Shown here: positions 11,504 through 19,865 of the stretch, piece by piece | Layout: each line of letters opens with the position of its first letter | Position numbering within the stretch: position 1 is the stretch's first letter | DNA from: Pseudomonadota bacterium | GTDB taxonomy: Bacteria > Desulfobacterota > Syntrophorhabdia > Syntrophorhabdales > Syntrophorhabdaceae | Length of the DNA: 24,000 nt | Assembly (NCBI GenBank): GCA_026388255.1 | Contig: JAPLKC010000131.1 | Span: forward strand, 17,373 to 41,372 | Direction of reading: 5' to 3' | Notes under the pieces: generated by a model | The model's input: the letters and a program-made list of their open reading frames with translations, nothing else | The model's database searches: none | Told to the model about the DNA's origin: nothing | Translations under genes and position numbers: made by a program

Positions 11504-12451
11504 ATGTCATTTAAATTTGATTCATTAATGAGGATTCTTAACATGCTTGACAGAAAAGAAAAGGTAACAGTACAGTCGCTTATGTATGATTTGAATATCA
11601 GTGAGAGGAGCACCTACCGCTATGTGACAACCCTGAAAGATGCCGATTTCCCCATCAACTTTGACAGGGAAAAGGGTACATATACCTTCGAAGAAGGGTA
11701 TAGCCTGAGCAAGCCGGACCTTACACTGGAAGAGATCCTTGCCTTCTCTCTGGCCAGGAAACTCCTCGGTAATTTTGGCCCCGGCATGGAAACTACCCTT
11801 GATCAGATAGAAAAAAAGATTTCCATAAAGAAATCCGGGGTATTAAAGAATGTTATTTTCTCTCATGAAGATTTTTCAGCCAAGGTTGGAGAGTACCTTT
11901 TTTCCATTCACCAGGCAATTCAGAATTTTCAGAAGATTGAACTTGTTTACAGGGCGCTCTATTCAGACGAAGTGACAAAACGTAAGGTAAACCCTTACTA
12001 TCTTTTTTCCCAGGATGATTTATGGCATTTCAGGGCATATTGTAATCTGAGAAAAGATTTTAGAACTTTTGCTCTTGATCGTATAAAATCAATGAGAATA
12101 CTCGATGAACACTTTGTCCCTGGAAGAATCCCGCAAGAAGATGAACTTGCAGGTGCTTTCGGAACATATATCGATGGTGAACCCGTAGAGGTAGTCATGA
12201 GATTTGATGAAGATATAAAACCCTATATTCTGCGGAAAAAATGGCATAAAAGCCAGCAGGATCACCCTCTTGATGACGGGAGAATTGAACTGACCTTTAT
12301 TGTTAACGGCATTGAAGGCATAAAGCAATGGGTATATAAATGGCTCCCATATGTTGAGGTTATAGAACCGAAAGAACTTAAGGCAACACTATTGGAAGAC
12401 TTGACTAGATCCATTGAGAAAAACAGGAAAACAATGAAAGGTAAAACGTGA
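11504..12451 (+). CDS. HTH-WYL-domain transcriptional regulator (BrxR/CapW/YafY-like), paralogue 1
   Basis: 315-aa ORF. The N-terminal wHTH reads RILNMLDRKEKVTVQSLMYDLNISERSTYRYVTTLKDADFPI. The central WYL-type region reads YRALYSDEVTKRKVNPYYLFSQDDLWHFRAYCNLRKDFRTFALDRI. The C-terminal WCX-like part reads KWHKSQQ...VNGIEGIKQWVYKWLPYVEVIEPKEL. Confidence 0.85.
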   Translation: MSFKFDSLMRILNMLDRKEKVTVQSLMYDLNISERSTYRYVTTLKDADFPINFDREKGTYTFEEGYSLSKPDLTLEEILAFSLARKLLGNFGPGMETTLDQIEKKISIKKSGVLKNVIFSHEDFSAKVGEYLFSIHQAIQNFQKIELVYRALYSDEVTKRKVNPYYLFSQDDLWHFRAYCNLRKDFRTFALDRIKSMRILDEHFVPGRIPQEDELAGAFGTYIDGEPVEVVMRFDEDIKPYILRKKWHKSQQDHPLDDGRIELTFIVNGIEGIKQWVYKWLPYVEVIEPKELKATLLEDLTRSIEKNRKTMKGKT

Positions 12452-12544
12452 AGGGTCAAAAAACAATATCGGATAGCTGTTTTGTAGATCGATGAATAGG
12501 AGCACAAATCAGCAATAAAGACTTTTGTAAAAAAAGGGAGTACC

Positions 12545-14026
12545 ATGGAATATAACAAGAAAGATGAAATATACCTAAACAAGTCGCTCTTTATCAGGGC
12601 TCTCCAGTGCCACAAATCACTCTATCTCAAGAAGCACCAACCTGATTTGGCAGAGACGCCTTCTGAGGACCAGCAGGCAAGAATGGAGAGCGGACAAGAA
12701 GTCGGCATCCTTGCTCAGGATTTATTCCCGGGAGGCATAGAGATTCCGTATGAGGGATTAAGTTATGATGAGCAGCTTGCAAGAACAGATGAAGCAGTCA
12801 GGACGGGCCATACGATCTATGAAGGCGCCTTCAGATATGACAATATTTTCATTAAAGTTGATATCCTTTACAAAGGTGCTGACGGCTGGGAACTCTATGA
12901 GGTAAAGGGATCAACGGAGGTCAAGGAATACCACACAAACGACATTTCCCTTCAGTACTATGTCCTTAAAAATGCCGGTATCCCCGTATCGAGGGCATGT
13001 CTTGTCCATATCAACAACCAGTATATACGTAACGGTGAAATAGAGGTTGGTAAACTCTTTATCTCAGAGGACCTTACCGGTATGGTTCAGGAGAAAGAAA
13101 GCTTAGTCAGGGAAGAGGTTGCAAAGATGCGGGAGATGCTGAATGGTGACGTGCCTCAAATTGATATTGGAAGTTACTGCGACGACCCGTACCCATGTGA
13201 TTTTAGCAGCCACTGCTGGAAACACATTCGGGAAGGGTCTGTCTTTGACCTGGCAGGCAGGGGCGTTGACCGTTACGACCTTTACTACAAGGGGGTCAAA
13301 AGACTCATCGACATCCCCACAGACATTCTCACGAACAGCCAGAGGATTCAAGTTGAGTGCGCAAGGGACAAAAGCAGCATAATTGACAAGGAACAGTTAA
13401 GGAAATTCCTTTCACGGCTCTGGTATCCGCTCTATTTTCTTGATTTCGAGACATATATGCCTGCCATCCCCCTTTATGACGGGATGTCACCCTACCAGCA
13501 GATGCCTTTTCAGTATTCTCTATTCGTGCAGATAAATGAAGGAGTGCCCCTTCAACACTATGAATACATTGCTCAACCCAACGTTGATCCGAGGAGAGAG
13601 CTTATCGAAAAACTCCTTTATGAGATTCCCCAGGGGTCATGCGGACTTGCCTACAACTCCTCTTTTGAGGTAAACAGACTGAATGAACTTGCTGTATGGC
13701 TTCCAGAATACAAGGATACAATTGCTGAAATTACAGAAAACATTATTGACCTGGCAATACCTTTCAGAAGCAAATATGTCTACTCATGGGAAATGTGTGG
13801 TTCTTACTCACAGAAGGCTGTACTGCCTGCTCTTGTACCTGAGCTGAGTTATAACGGTATGGAAGTTGCTGACGGCGGTATGGCTATGGATGCCTACTTC
13901 CAGATGTGTACCTCCAAAGATCAGGACGAAATTGAAAGAATCAGGAAAGCCCTCCTCGAATACTGTAAGCTCGATACTTTGGGAATGGTGAAGATTTTGG
14001 AGAAGCTGAAGGCACTTATCTTATAG
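12545..14026 (+). CDS. DUF2779-type protein: N-terminal Cas4-like PD-(D/E)xK nuclease with a Cys cluster + C-terminal FET-motif domain
   Basis: 493-aa ORF with RBS gggag. The N-terminus LNKSLFIRALQCHKSLYLKK is typical of the family. The nuclease motif is VDILYKGADGWELYEVKGS (D...ExK). A Cys cluster, C-x5-C-x5-C (YCDDPYPCDFSSHC), is joined by the N-terminal Cys. The hallmark FLDFETYMPAIPLYDGMSPYQQMPFQYSL is present. Later AYNSSFEVNRL and ADGGMAMDAY suggest a DEDD-like exonuclease arrangement. Confidence 0.75.
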   Translation: MEYNKKDEIYLNKSLFIRALQCHKSLYLKKHQPDLAETPSEDQQARMESGQEVGILAQDLFPGGIEIPYEGLSYDEQLARTDEAVRTGHTIYEGAFRYDNIFIKVDILYKGADGWELYEVKGSTEVKEYHTNDISLQYYVLKNAGIPVSRACLVHINNQYIRNGEIEVGKLFISEDLTGMVQEKESLVREEVAKMREMLNGDVPQIDIGSYCDDPYPCDFSSHCWKHIREGSVFDLAGRGVDRYDLYYKGVKRLIDIPTDILTNSQRIQVECARDKSSIIDKEQLRKFLSRLWYPLYFLDFETYMPAIPLYDGMSPYQQMPFQYSLFVQINEGVPLQHYEYIAQPNVDPRRELIEKLLYEIPQGSCGLAYNSSFEVNRLNELAVWLPEYKDTIAEITENIIDLAIPFRSKYVYSWEMCGSYSQKAVLPALVPELSYNGMEVADGGMAMDAYFQMCTSKDQDEIERIRKALLEYCKLDTLGMVKILEKLKALIL

Positions 14027-14565
14027 TGTTAAACCTTAGGAATGATACGGAAATAAAACGAGCCCTGGAAGAAAGGGGTTTTGTTACAACCTGGAGCGAT
14101 CCTTTTTTTGACTGGATTCGCAAATCCAATGCCAACAGCTCCGAACTGCCAGAAAAACCACAGCGGTTTTTCATCACTGATCCTCCAGTTCCGAAGGTTG
14201 CTCCCTTTGACATCGCCACAATAAGAATAGACACCTCCAACGATTCCATCTACTTTGCCCTCACCTTCTATTTCTCCAGTGTTATGGAACCATGTCTTGG
14301 ACCGGAGGACTTCCATGAGGTCTTTCATAAACATGATACGTACTGGATCGTAAAGCTCGAAGAATATTTCAGTGAAATAGAACATCGGTTTAAGCTCAAA
14401 TGGAATATTGAATACGATTCAACCATTGAAGATACTCTCTACGGCTTGTTTCTATTTGATCAGGATGAAAAGGTTTTCGAAATTCTGGAAGCGTTAAAAA
14501 TATCGCAGGATTCTGTTTGCCGGAAGGCTGGCAATCAAATGGGTTTAACCAATTTAGGAGGATAG
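14026..14565 (+). CDS. Hypothetical protein (no recognisable motif)
   Basis: 179-aa ORF with a GTG start that overlaps the last base of the upstream stop codon, an arrangement consistent with translational coupling. The start codon is uncertain. Confidence 0.5.
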   Translation: MLNLRNDTEIKRALEERGFVTTWSDPFFDWIRKSNANSSELPEKPQRFFITDPPVPKVAPFDIATIRIDTSNDSIYFALTFYFSSVMEPCLGPEDFHEVFHKHDTYWIVKLEEYFSEIEHRFKLKWNIEYDSTIEDTLYGLFLFDQDEKVFEILEALKISQDSVCRKAGNQMGLTNLGG

Positions 14566-14570
14566 AAGAA

Positions 14571-15086
14571 ATGAAAGGAAGATCTCAATTCATTGGCGCT
14601 GCTGGTCAGCATTACGTCGCTTATTGCCTCTCAATCCGTGGTATACACGCCGCTATTACACTTGGCAATGTGCCTGCCGTTGATGTGATTGTAGCGAAGC
14701 CAGACGGAGAGCTTGCACTGTCAATTCAAGTCAAAACATCCAGATGGGCGCACCGGCCTAATCGATACGGCAAGGAGTTGTGTGAATGGGATGTCGGCTC
14801 CTCCGCTGTCAATCGCTTTAGTGACCATCTCTGGTATGCGTTTGTCGATTTGCAGGAAAGCGATACACCTCCATGGAATCCACGCGTGTTCCTTGTCCCA
14901 TCCTTATGGGTCGGCAAGTTCGTAAAGGATGAATGGTCACGGAAACTATATATGCTGCCAAAAGATGCTTGGCCTCTCTGTCTTGAACGTTGGGACAGGA
15001 TTAACGCTTTTTTTGACGGCGAATTAGAGACTTGCAATTGGTACAGCACTATTCCACCGGAGGCAGCAGATTGGGAAGCCTCCTAA
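14571..15086 (+). CDS. Small putative PD-(D/E)xK-fold (Hjc/Mrr-like) protein
   Basis: The track ORF starts at 14517. The ATG at 14571 has a strong RBS (aggagg, 14556-14561) and lies 5 nt after the upstream stop. The translation MKGRSQFIGAAGQHYVAYCLSIRGIHAAITLGNVPAVDVIVAKPDGELALSIQVKTS shows the G..G......L...G, D-x-I, QVK layout of restriction-endonuclease-fold proteins. Q sits where E is usual. Confidence 0.55.
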   Translation: MKGRSQFIGAAGQHYVAYCLSIRGIHAAITLGNVPAVDVIVAKPDGELALSIQVKTSRWAHRPNRYGKELCEWDVGSSAVNRFSDHLWYAFVDLQESDTPPWNPRVFLVPSLWVGKFVKDEWSRKLYMLPKDAWPLCLERWDRINAFFDGELETCNWYSTIPPEAADWEAS

Positions 15087-15147
15087 CTTTGGATGCAGCC
15101 AATCGACTATAAATTTTTCTATTACATTTCTTAGATAAAAAATACCG

Positions 15148-15181
15148 CTGCCAAACAGGTGGCAGAAGGGTCTGCTATACT
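15148..15181 (+). promoter_or_regulatory. Palindromic operator + extended -10 promoter (site 2) upstream of the 15203 operon
   Basis: CTGCCA (15148-15153), aacagg, TGGCAG (15160-15165), then 10 nt ending in TGc, then TATACT (15176-15181). The RBS aaggaga and the ATG at 15203 follow. Confidence 0.6.
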
Positions 15182-15202
15182 GACTTGTAAAGGAGAATCC
15201 TT

Positions 15203-15997
15203 ATGGACGGAGGAAGCTTGCAAAACGGTACATCTGGGCAGTTGCTGATGTGGGAAGCCATAGACTATTTTATTTCCGCCGGTAAAGTTGTTTGCCGGCT
15301 TTTCAAGGATGATTTAAGGGAATTGGTCTCTAAGTCAGATAACAGGTTTAAATCTATGCACCTCAGAGAACCGTTCACCGTTGATTTGGGTCAGAATAAA
15401 TTGTCTGCCGGTAATTATAAGAGAGAAGAAGAAGGATATGCCGACTGGCTTATATGGATTCTGATGCAGCTCAGCGGTGCACAAATATTGAGTATATTCG
15501 GGATAACAGACGAAACAACCCTGAAATCCTGCACTTCTTTGACGCCTGTTATTAAGAAGGAGGTAAGTGTTCGGCCATGTCCGGAAACACCGTATGTCAG
15601 GACCGATATCCTGATAATTTATACAGATATACTTTTAATACACGTTGCAGTGAAGGTAATCGACGCCAGAATAGCTCATGTTCAGGAGCAAGGTGTTTAT
15701 AGAAAATCGCTTGAAGGGAGAGGGTTTGAACATATTCCGAAGTGCCACCATATACTGCTTGTAATTAATTCATTCCATGAAGAATACGATGGATATAAAG
15801 TGCTGAGATGGGCTGATTTATGTCTTAACCTCAGACAAATAATTCTTACAGAAGGGAGTCTTGATAATCTACTCGTTAAATCAGCAATAGCAATATTTGT
15901 CGGTATAGTCGAACAAACTTTGTTAGGCCTTTCAGTCAGCGGTTTTTCCGGCAGCTCAAAATTGATAGATTATATGGAATTAATATTAAGGCGATAA
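15203..15997 (+). CDS. PDDEXK_4-like protein, apparently degenerate (ExK replaced by AVK)
   Basis: 264-aa ORF. EEEGYADWLIWILMQL resembles the N-terminal E..hs.wLa.LL motif of the neighbouring 16708 protein. The core is YVRTDILIIYTDILLIHVAVKVID, with Ala at the catalytic Glu position. Confidence 0.5.
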   Translation: MDGGSLQNGTSGQLLMWEAIDYFISAGKVVCRLFKDDLRELVSKSDNRFKSMHLREPFTVDLGQNKLSAGNYKREEEGYADWLIWILMQLSGAQILSIFGITDETTLKSCTSLTPVIKKEVSVRPCPETPYVRTDILIIYTDILLIHVAVKVIDARIAHVQEQGVYRKSLEGRGFEHIPKCHHILLVINSFHEEYDGYKVLRWADLCLNLRQIILTEGSLDNLLVKSAIAIFVGIVEQTLLGLSVSGFSGSSKLIDYMELILRR

Positions 15998-16001
15998 CAA
16001 T

Positions 16002-16637
16002 ATGGATAATCAGAAAAACCTGAATGTTTCTCTCGATAATTTATTGGAACAAGGAATGCAATCGTATCTGTTTGCGTTACTTACAGTACAACAGTTCAGG
16101 GTAGAGGTTCAAAAACGAACATTAAATGCCCTAACAGGAAAAATCAAAGAACTTGGCGATGCCATGGGCAGGGATATTGATGAAAGCTGGTTAAAACCCT
16201 ATATAAATCCTGATGGTCTGTCAGACCCAGGCTATGATGGAAGCAGAGCCGAGGTTTCGTTAAAGCTTTTTGTAGCTCCGGTGGACTGCTATTTTGGAAT
16301 GCGCTTCGAGCTTGATGGTGAGGGGAAAACAGAATCTTATGTCACGGTAAATATGTGGCCATGGACAAAGGAGCAGATGCATTTCTTACTTCAGAAAACC
16401 AAAGAAGTTACTGACGACTTTAATAACAATATGGGAAATGAAATAGAAATTCGTGAAATTCTCAACCCGGCAGAGCATGAGTTTTTTGAGAAAAAATTGA
16501 TTGCCCTGATAGATAAATGGATAGCTGTTTGGAAAAAAGTGGGCGGCATTGATACAATGAATAATGGTTTTCCATCTGAGTTTGCAACTGCCTACCCCTT
16601 GAAAGCAAGTCCAGAAGCTGCGCCAGGTCATCCCTAA
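16002..16637 (+). CDS. Hypothetical protein
   Basis: 211-aa ORF that starts 4 nt after the upstream stop. I recognise no motif. Confidence 0.55.
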   Translation: MDNQKNLNVSLDNLLEQGMQSYLFALLTVQQFRVEVQKRTLNALTGKIKELGDAMGRDIDESWLKPYINPDGLSDPGYDGSRAEVSLKLFVAPVDCYFGMRFELDGEGKTESYVTVNMWPWTKEQMHFLLQKTKEVTDDFNNNMGNEIEIREILNPAEHEFFEKKLIALIDKWIAVWKKVGGIDTMNNGFPSEFATAYPLKASPEAAPGHP

Positions 16638-16707
16638 GGTACACTTTCTTTGCCTTGTTTTATTTGTTCCCTTGAAGTAAAATGTTAACAATTTTAGAGG
16701 ATAGATT

Positions 16708-17871
16708 ATGAATATAGATGAATTTCTTAGAGGCCTACACGGAAGACTCGAAAGCTTTCAGCATGCACGGGAATTGTATGCACCACGGCTGGCCCCTGAT
16801 TTTAATAGCTTTAATGTTATCTCTCCGGATGAAATGCGATTGTCAAAAATCCTGGCAACATTGCTTGATCCTGCCGGTGAACATGCACAAGGTCCAGCGT
16901 TTCTAAAGGCGTTCCTGCACTGGGCCCAACTTGAAGGCTACTTGGCTGAATCCAATCCGGTAAAGGTTCAAACTGAAGTGGTTACTGACCGCATCGACAA
17001 TCCAATGCGCCGAATGGATATTATCATAGACTTCGGGGATGCGGCCATTGTCATCGAAAATAAGCCATGGACCGGCGATCAAAGTGAACAGGTAAGCGAT
17101 TATGTCAAACAGGTGAAGAGTAGCCATCCTAACAATTTTTGCCTGTTATATTTATCTGGTACAGGCGAACCACCAACTGAAGCGAGTGTTTTGCCAACCA
17201 ATAGGGCGGAATTAGAGAGAAAAGAACAGCTCAAAGTTAAACCATACTCTACCCTATTGGATTGGCTAACTGGCTGCAAGGCTGTCTGCCAGTCTGAAAG
17301 GGTAAGACATTTTCTTGATGATTTTTCGGATTATATCCGTCAGCAATTTATGGGGGTACACGACATGACTGAATTTAATGAAATCTCCAACGCCGTAAGA
17401 AAAACGAAGGAAACGCTTCGGGCAGCCCTTAAGGTAGCTGCCAATATTGACGGCATCAAGATAGATTTACTTGATCAGCTTAAAGCCCAACTTACCGACA
17501 GAGTTCAAAAAAGGTCCTGGATTCTTGACTGGCATATTGAGTATTGGAATAAATATTCATGTTTCGGGATTTCCTTTGCTAAGGAGCAACAACAATATGA
17601 AGTATGGTTTGAATTTGATGGCAAACAATGTCAGGGATTGCATTATGGTATATTAGATAAAAATCTCTTAAACCAAGAAGAAATCCGGAATCGCCTCAAT
17701 AGCAATATTACAACTGGCAAAAATGGCGACGGGTGGCTTTGGAGAATAGATGGTCCTGAACCTTACCTTTATTGGCTCAATAGCGAAGAACCATGGATGG
17801 ACATTATTTGCAACGATAAACTTGCGGATATGGTAATCGAGTATGCCGAGAAAATTTATCAAGCGTTGTAG
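16708..17871 (+). CDS. PD-(D/E)xK nuclease family protein (PDDEXK_4-like)
   Basis: 387-aa ORF with RBS agagga. FNVISPDEMRLSKILATLLDPAGEHAQGPAFLKAFL matches the family's N-terminal motif. The catalytic core is RRMDIIIDFGDAAIVIENKPWTGDQSEQVSDY, giving D, ExK and QxxxY. Confidence 0.7.
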   Translation: MNIDEFLRGLHGRLESFQHARELYAPRLAPDFNSFNVISPDEMRLSKILATLLDPAGEHAQGPAFLKAFLHWAQLEGYLAESNPVKVQTEVVTDRIDNPMRRMDIIIDFGDAAIVIENKPWTGDQSEQVSDYVKQVKSSHPNNFCLLYLSGTGEPPTEASVLPTNRAELERKEQLKVKPYSTLLDWLTGCKAVCQSERVRHFLDDFSDYIRQQFMGVHDMTEFNEISNAVRKTKETLRAALKVAANIDGIKIDLLDQLKAQLTDRVQKRSWILDWHIEYWNKYSCFGISFAKEQQQYEVWFEFDGKQCQGLHYGILDKNLLNQEEIRNRLNSNITTGKNGDGWLWRIDGPEPYLYWLNSEEPWMDIICNDKLADMVIEYAEKIYQAL

Positions 17872-18125
17872 GCGGGACCAAGTCTCTTGGATAAATTGCG
17901 GTAATTATGCCCATCTCTTAGAATTAGAATTTGAGCACATCGAACATTAACCGGACTCACATTTAGAAACACAATGGAAGGATTCTTATCACTCCCCATC
18001 ACTAAAACTTCGTATCATTGTAGTATTTTCCTTCCGTTAAAAAATATATTTGAAAAATAGGGACGGGAAACAACCTTTAAAAGCATTCACGATAGGTACT
18101 AATAAAAACCCAAAGGATAAAAAAC

Positions 18126-18470
18126 ATGCCAACTCAAAAAAGCAACATCATCAATGCCCTGAGAATGCTCAACACCCAAAACTTATTTTCCAAGGATGAT
18201 CTGTCCATTGTCATCCCTGCTCTTGTTTTTATGGCAGAGAAATTCAACTGGGAATCCTACAGTCTGATGAAAAAATACGGCAACAACTGGAAAAAAATAT
18301 CAGTAGGCCTTGCGCAAGTATTATTCCAGGGAGACGAGGGCGCCGAAAGTGATTTAAGGGCGCTCCACAGTGAGTATTATACGATGCGCGGGTTATCGTC
18401 AGGAATGTCGCTCTTTCTGGATAAGCTGACTCTAAACATGAAGCAGGAAGACATTAAGAGGAAGGCGTAA
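18126..18470 (+). CDS. Hypothetical protein
   Basis: 114-aa ORF with RBS aaagga. No motif recognised. Confidence 0.5.
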   Translation: MPTQKSNIINALRMLNTQNLFSKDDLSIVIPALVFMAEKFNWESYSLMKKYGNNWKKISVGLAQVLFQGDEGAESDLRALHSEYYTMRGLSSGMSLFLDKLTLNMKQEDIKRKA

Positions 18471-18494
18471 AATATTATGTAAAAAAAGAACACA

Positions 18495-18528
18495 CTGCCA
18501 GACTGTTGGCAAAATGATTCGTTATACT
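18495..18528 (+). promoter_or_regulatory. Palindromic operator + -10 promoter (site 3) upstream of the WG-repeat gene
   Basis: CTGCCA (18495-18500), gactgt, TGGCAA (18507-18512), then 10 nt, then TATACT (18523-18528). The spacing is identical to sites 1 and 2. Confidence 0.55.
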
Positions 18529-18540
18529 GTCATAGGGAGG

Positions 18541-19578
18541 ATGACTTTGGACAGACGAACATTTCTTAAGTTTCTTGCCGGCACGGGCGCCATGTTTTCA
18601 CTTTGGCTCACACCCTCATTGAATGGCAAATCCCGCCATACAAACATCAGATATGGTTTTATCAACAGGACAGGTAAAATAGTCATTGCACCTCGCTTTG
18701 AATTAGCCTTAGGATTCTTGGATGGCCGCGCTGCTGTTCAGATCGATGGGAAATGGGGATATATAGATGAAAATGGTAAACGTGTCGTTCCGGCACAATT
18801 CGATGAAGCCATGGATTTTAATGAAGGTCTTGCATGTGTAGAGTTGGATGGAAAATGCGGTTATATCGATAAAAGTGGTAAATTCGCTGTCCCGCCACAA
18901 TATGAACTTTCATTCTCCGCTTTTTCAGATGGCCTTGCATGTGTGAGGGTAAACGGCAAATATGGGTATATCAATAAAACAGGTAAGTTTGTAATTGATC
19001 CTGTATTTGAGGAAGCATCAGGATTCTCCGAAGGATTGGCAAAGGTAAAAACTTGCAACAAATATTCATTTACTGACAAGACAGGGAAACAGGCTTTCCC
19101 GTATTCCTTTGATGGAGCCCTTCCGTTCTCGGATGGGCTGGCAAGTGTCGTGGTTGACGGACAATGGGGATATATCGACAAAACCGGCAAAATGGTGATA
19201 CGGCATCAGTATCATGGGCACGAGTATTTCAAGGAAGGCATGGTACCGATAATGAGTGAAAAAAAATGGGGGTATATCGATAAAACAGGAGCGGTTGTCA
19301 TTGAACCTCGCTACACTTTAGTCGGAGCTTTTTCCAAAGGTCTCTGCCCCGTTGAATTCGATGGCAAATGGGGATATATTGATGCAAAAGGAAACATGAT
19401 TATCCCGCCAATCTTTGCACATGCATCAGAGTTCAGTGAGGGGATAGCAGATGCACGAAATACTGAAAACGGTAGAGATGGATATATCAACCAAAAAGGC
19501 AAGTATGTTATTAAACCTCAGTTTTACGAAGCATGTTCATTCTCTGAAGGTCTTGCGGTAATAGGGGTAGAGATATAA
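18541..19578 (+). CDS. Exported WG-repeat (KWG-type) protein with a twin-arginine signal
   Basis: Repeated GKWGYID..GK.VI.P.F....F.EGLA units occur about ten times. The N-terminus MTLDRRTFLKFLAGTGAMF is Tat-like. The track start at 18514 lies inside the operator/-10 region and lacks an RBS. The ATG at 18541 abuts gggagg, and the in-frame TTG at 18547 has better spacing, so the start lies at 18541-18547. Confidence 0.75.
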   Translation: MTLDRRTFLKFLAGTGAMFSLWLTPSLNGKSRHTNIRYGFINRTGKIVIAPRFELALGFLDGRAAVQIDGKWGYIDENGKRVVPAQFDEAMDFNEGLACVELDGKCGYIDKSGKFAVPPQYELSFSAFSDGLACVRVNGKYGYINKTGKFVIDPVFEEASGFSEGLAKVKTCNKYSFTDKTGKQAFPYSFDGALPFSDGLASVVVDGQWGYIDKTGKMVIRHQYHGHEYFKEGMVPIMSEKKWGYIDKTGAVVIEPRYTLVGAFSKGLCPVEFDGKWGYIDAKGNMIIPPIFAHASEFSEGIADARNTENGRDGYINQKGKYVIKPQFYEACSFSEGLAVIGVEI

Positions 19579-19822
19579 ATAGCAGTAGCATTTGCAGAAG
19601 AGTATTACCCGCATTTGCGCAGAACAGAGTACGACCTCTAATGGCTACTCATAAATCTGTTGCACACCATTGGCAAGATCAAGGGATATGGGTAAATTGT
19701 GAAAACTTGGTGCATCCAGACCCTTGCAAACCTGTTTTTGAGGGCTCTAATGTTTATTACTGAATCAGTGGCAAGATACAGTACAACATCGTGGGATAGG
19801 GTAATGAGGGGGTGCGGGGAAA

Positions 19823-19850
19823 TTGACAAAAAATTATGCAATTCTATACA
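19823..19850 (+). promoter_or_regulatory. Candidate sigma70 promoter upstream of the WYL-2 operator
   Basis: TTGACA (19823-19828), a 16-nt spacer, then TATACA (19845-19850). This would place the palindrome at 19866-19883 just downstream of the transcription start. Confidence 0.35.
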
Positions 19851-19865
19851 CAATTTTATAAATCA

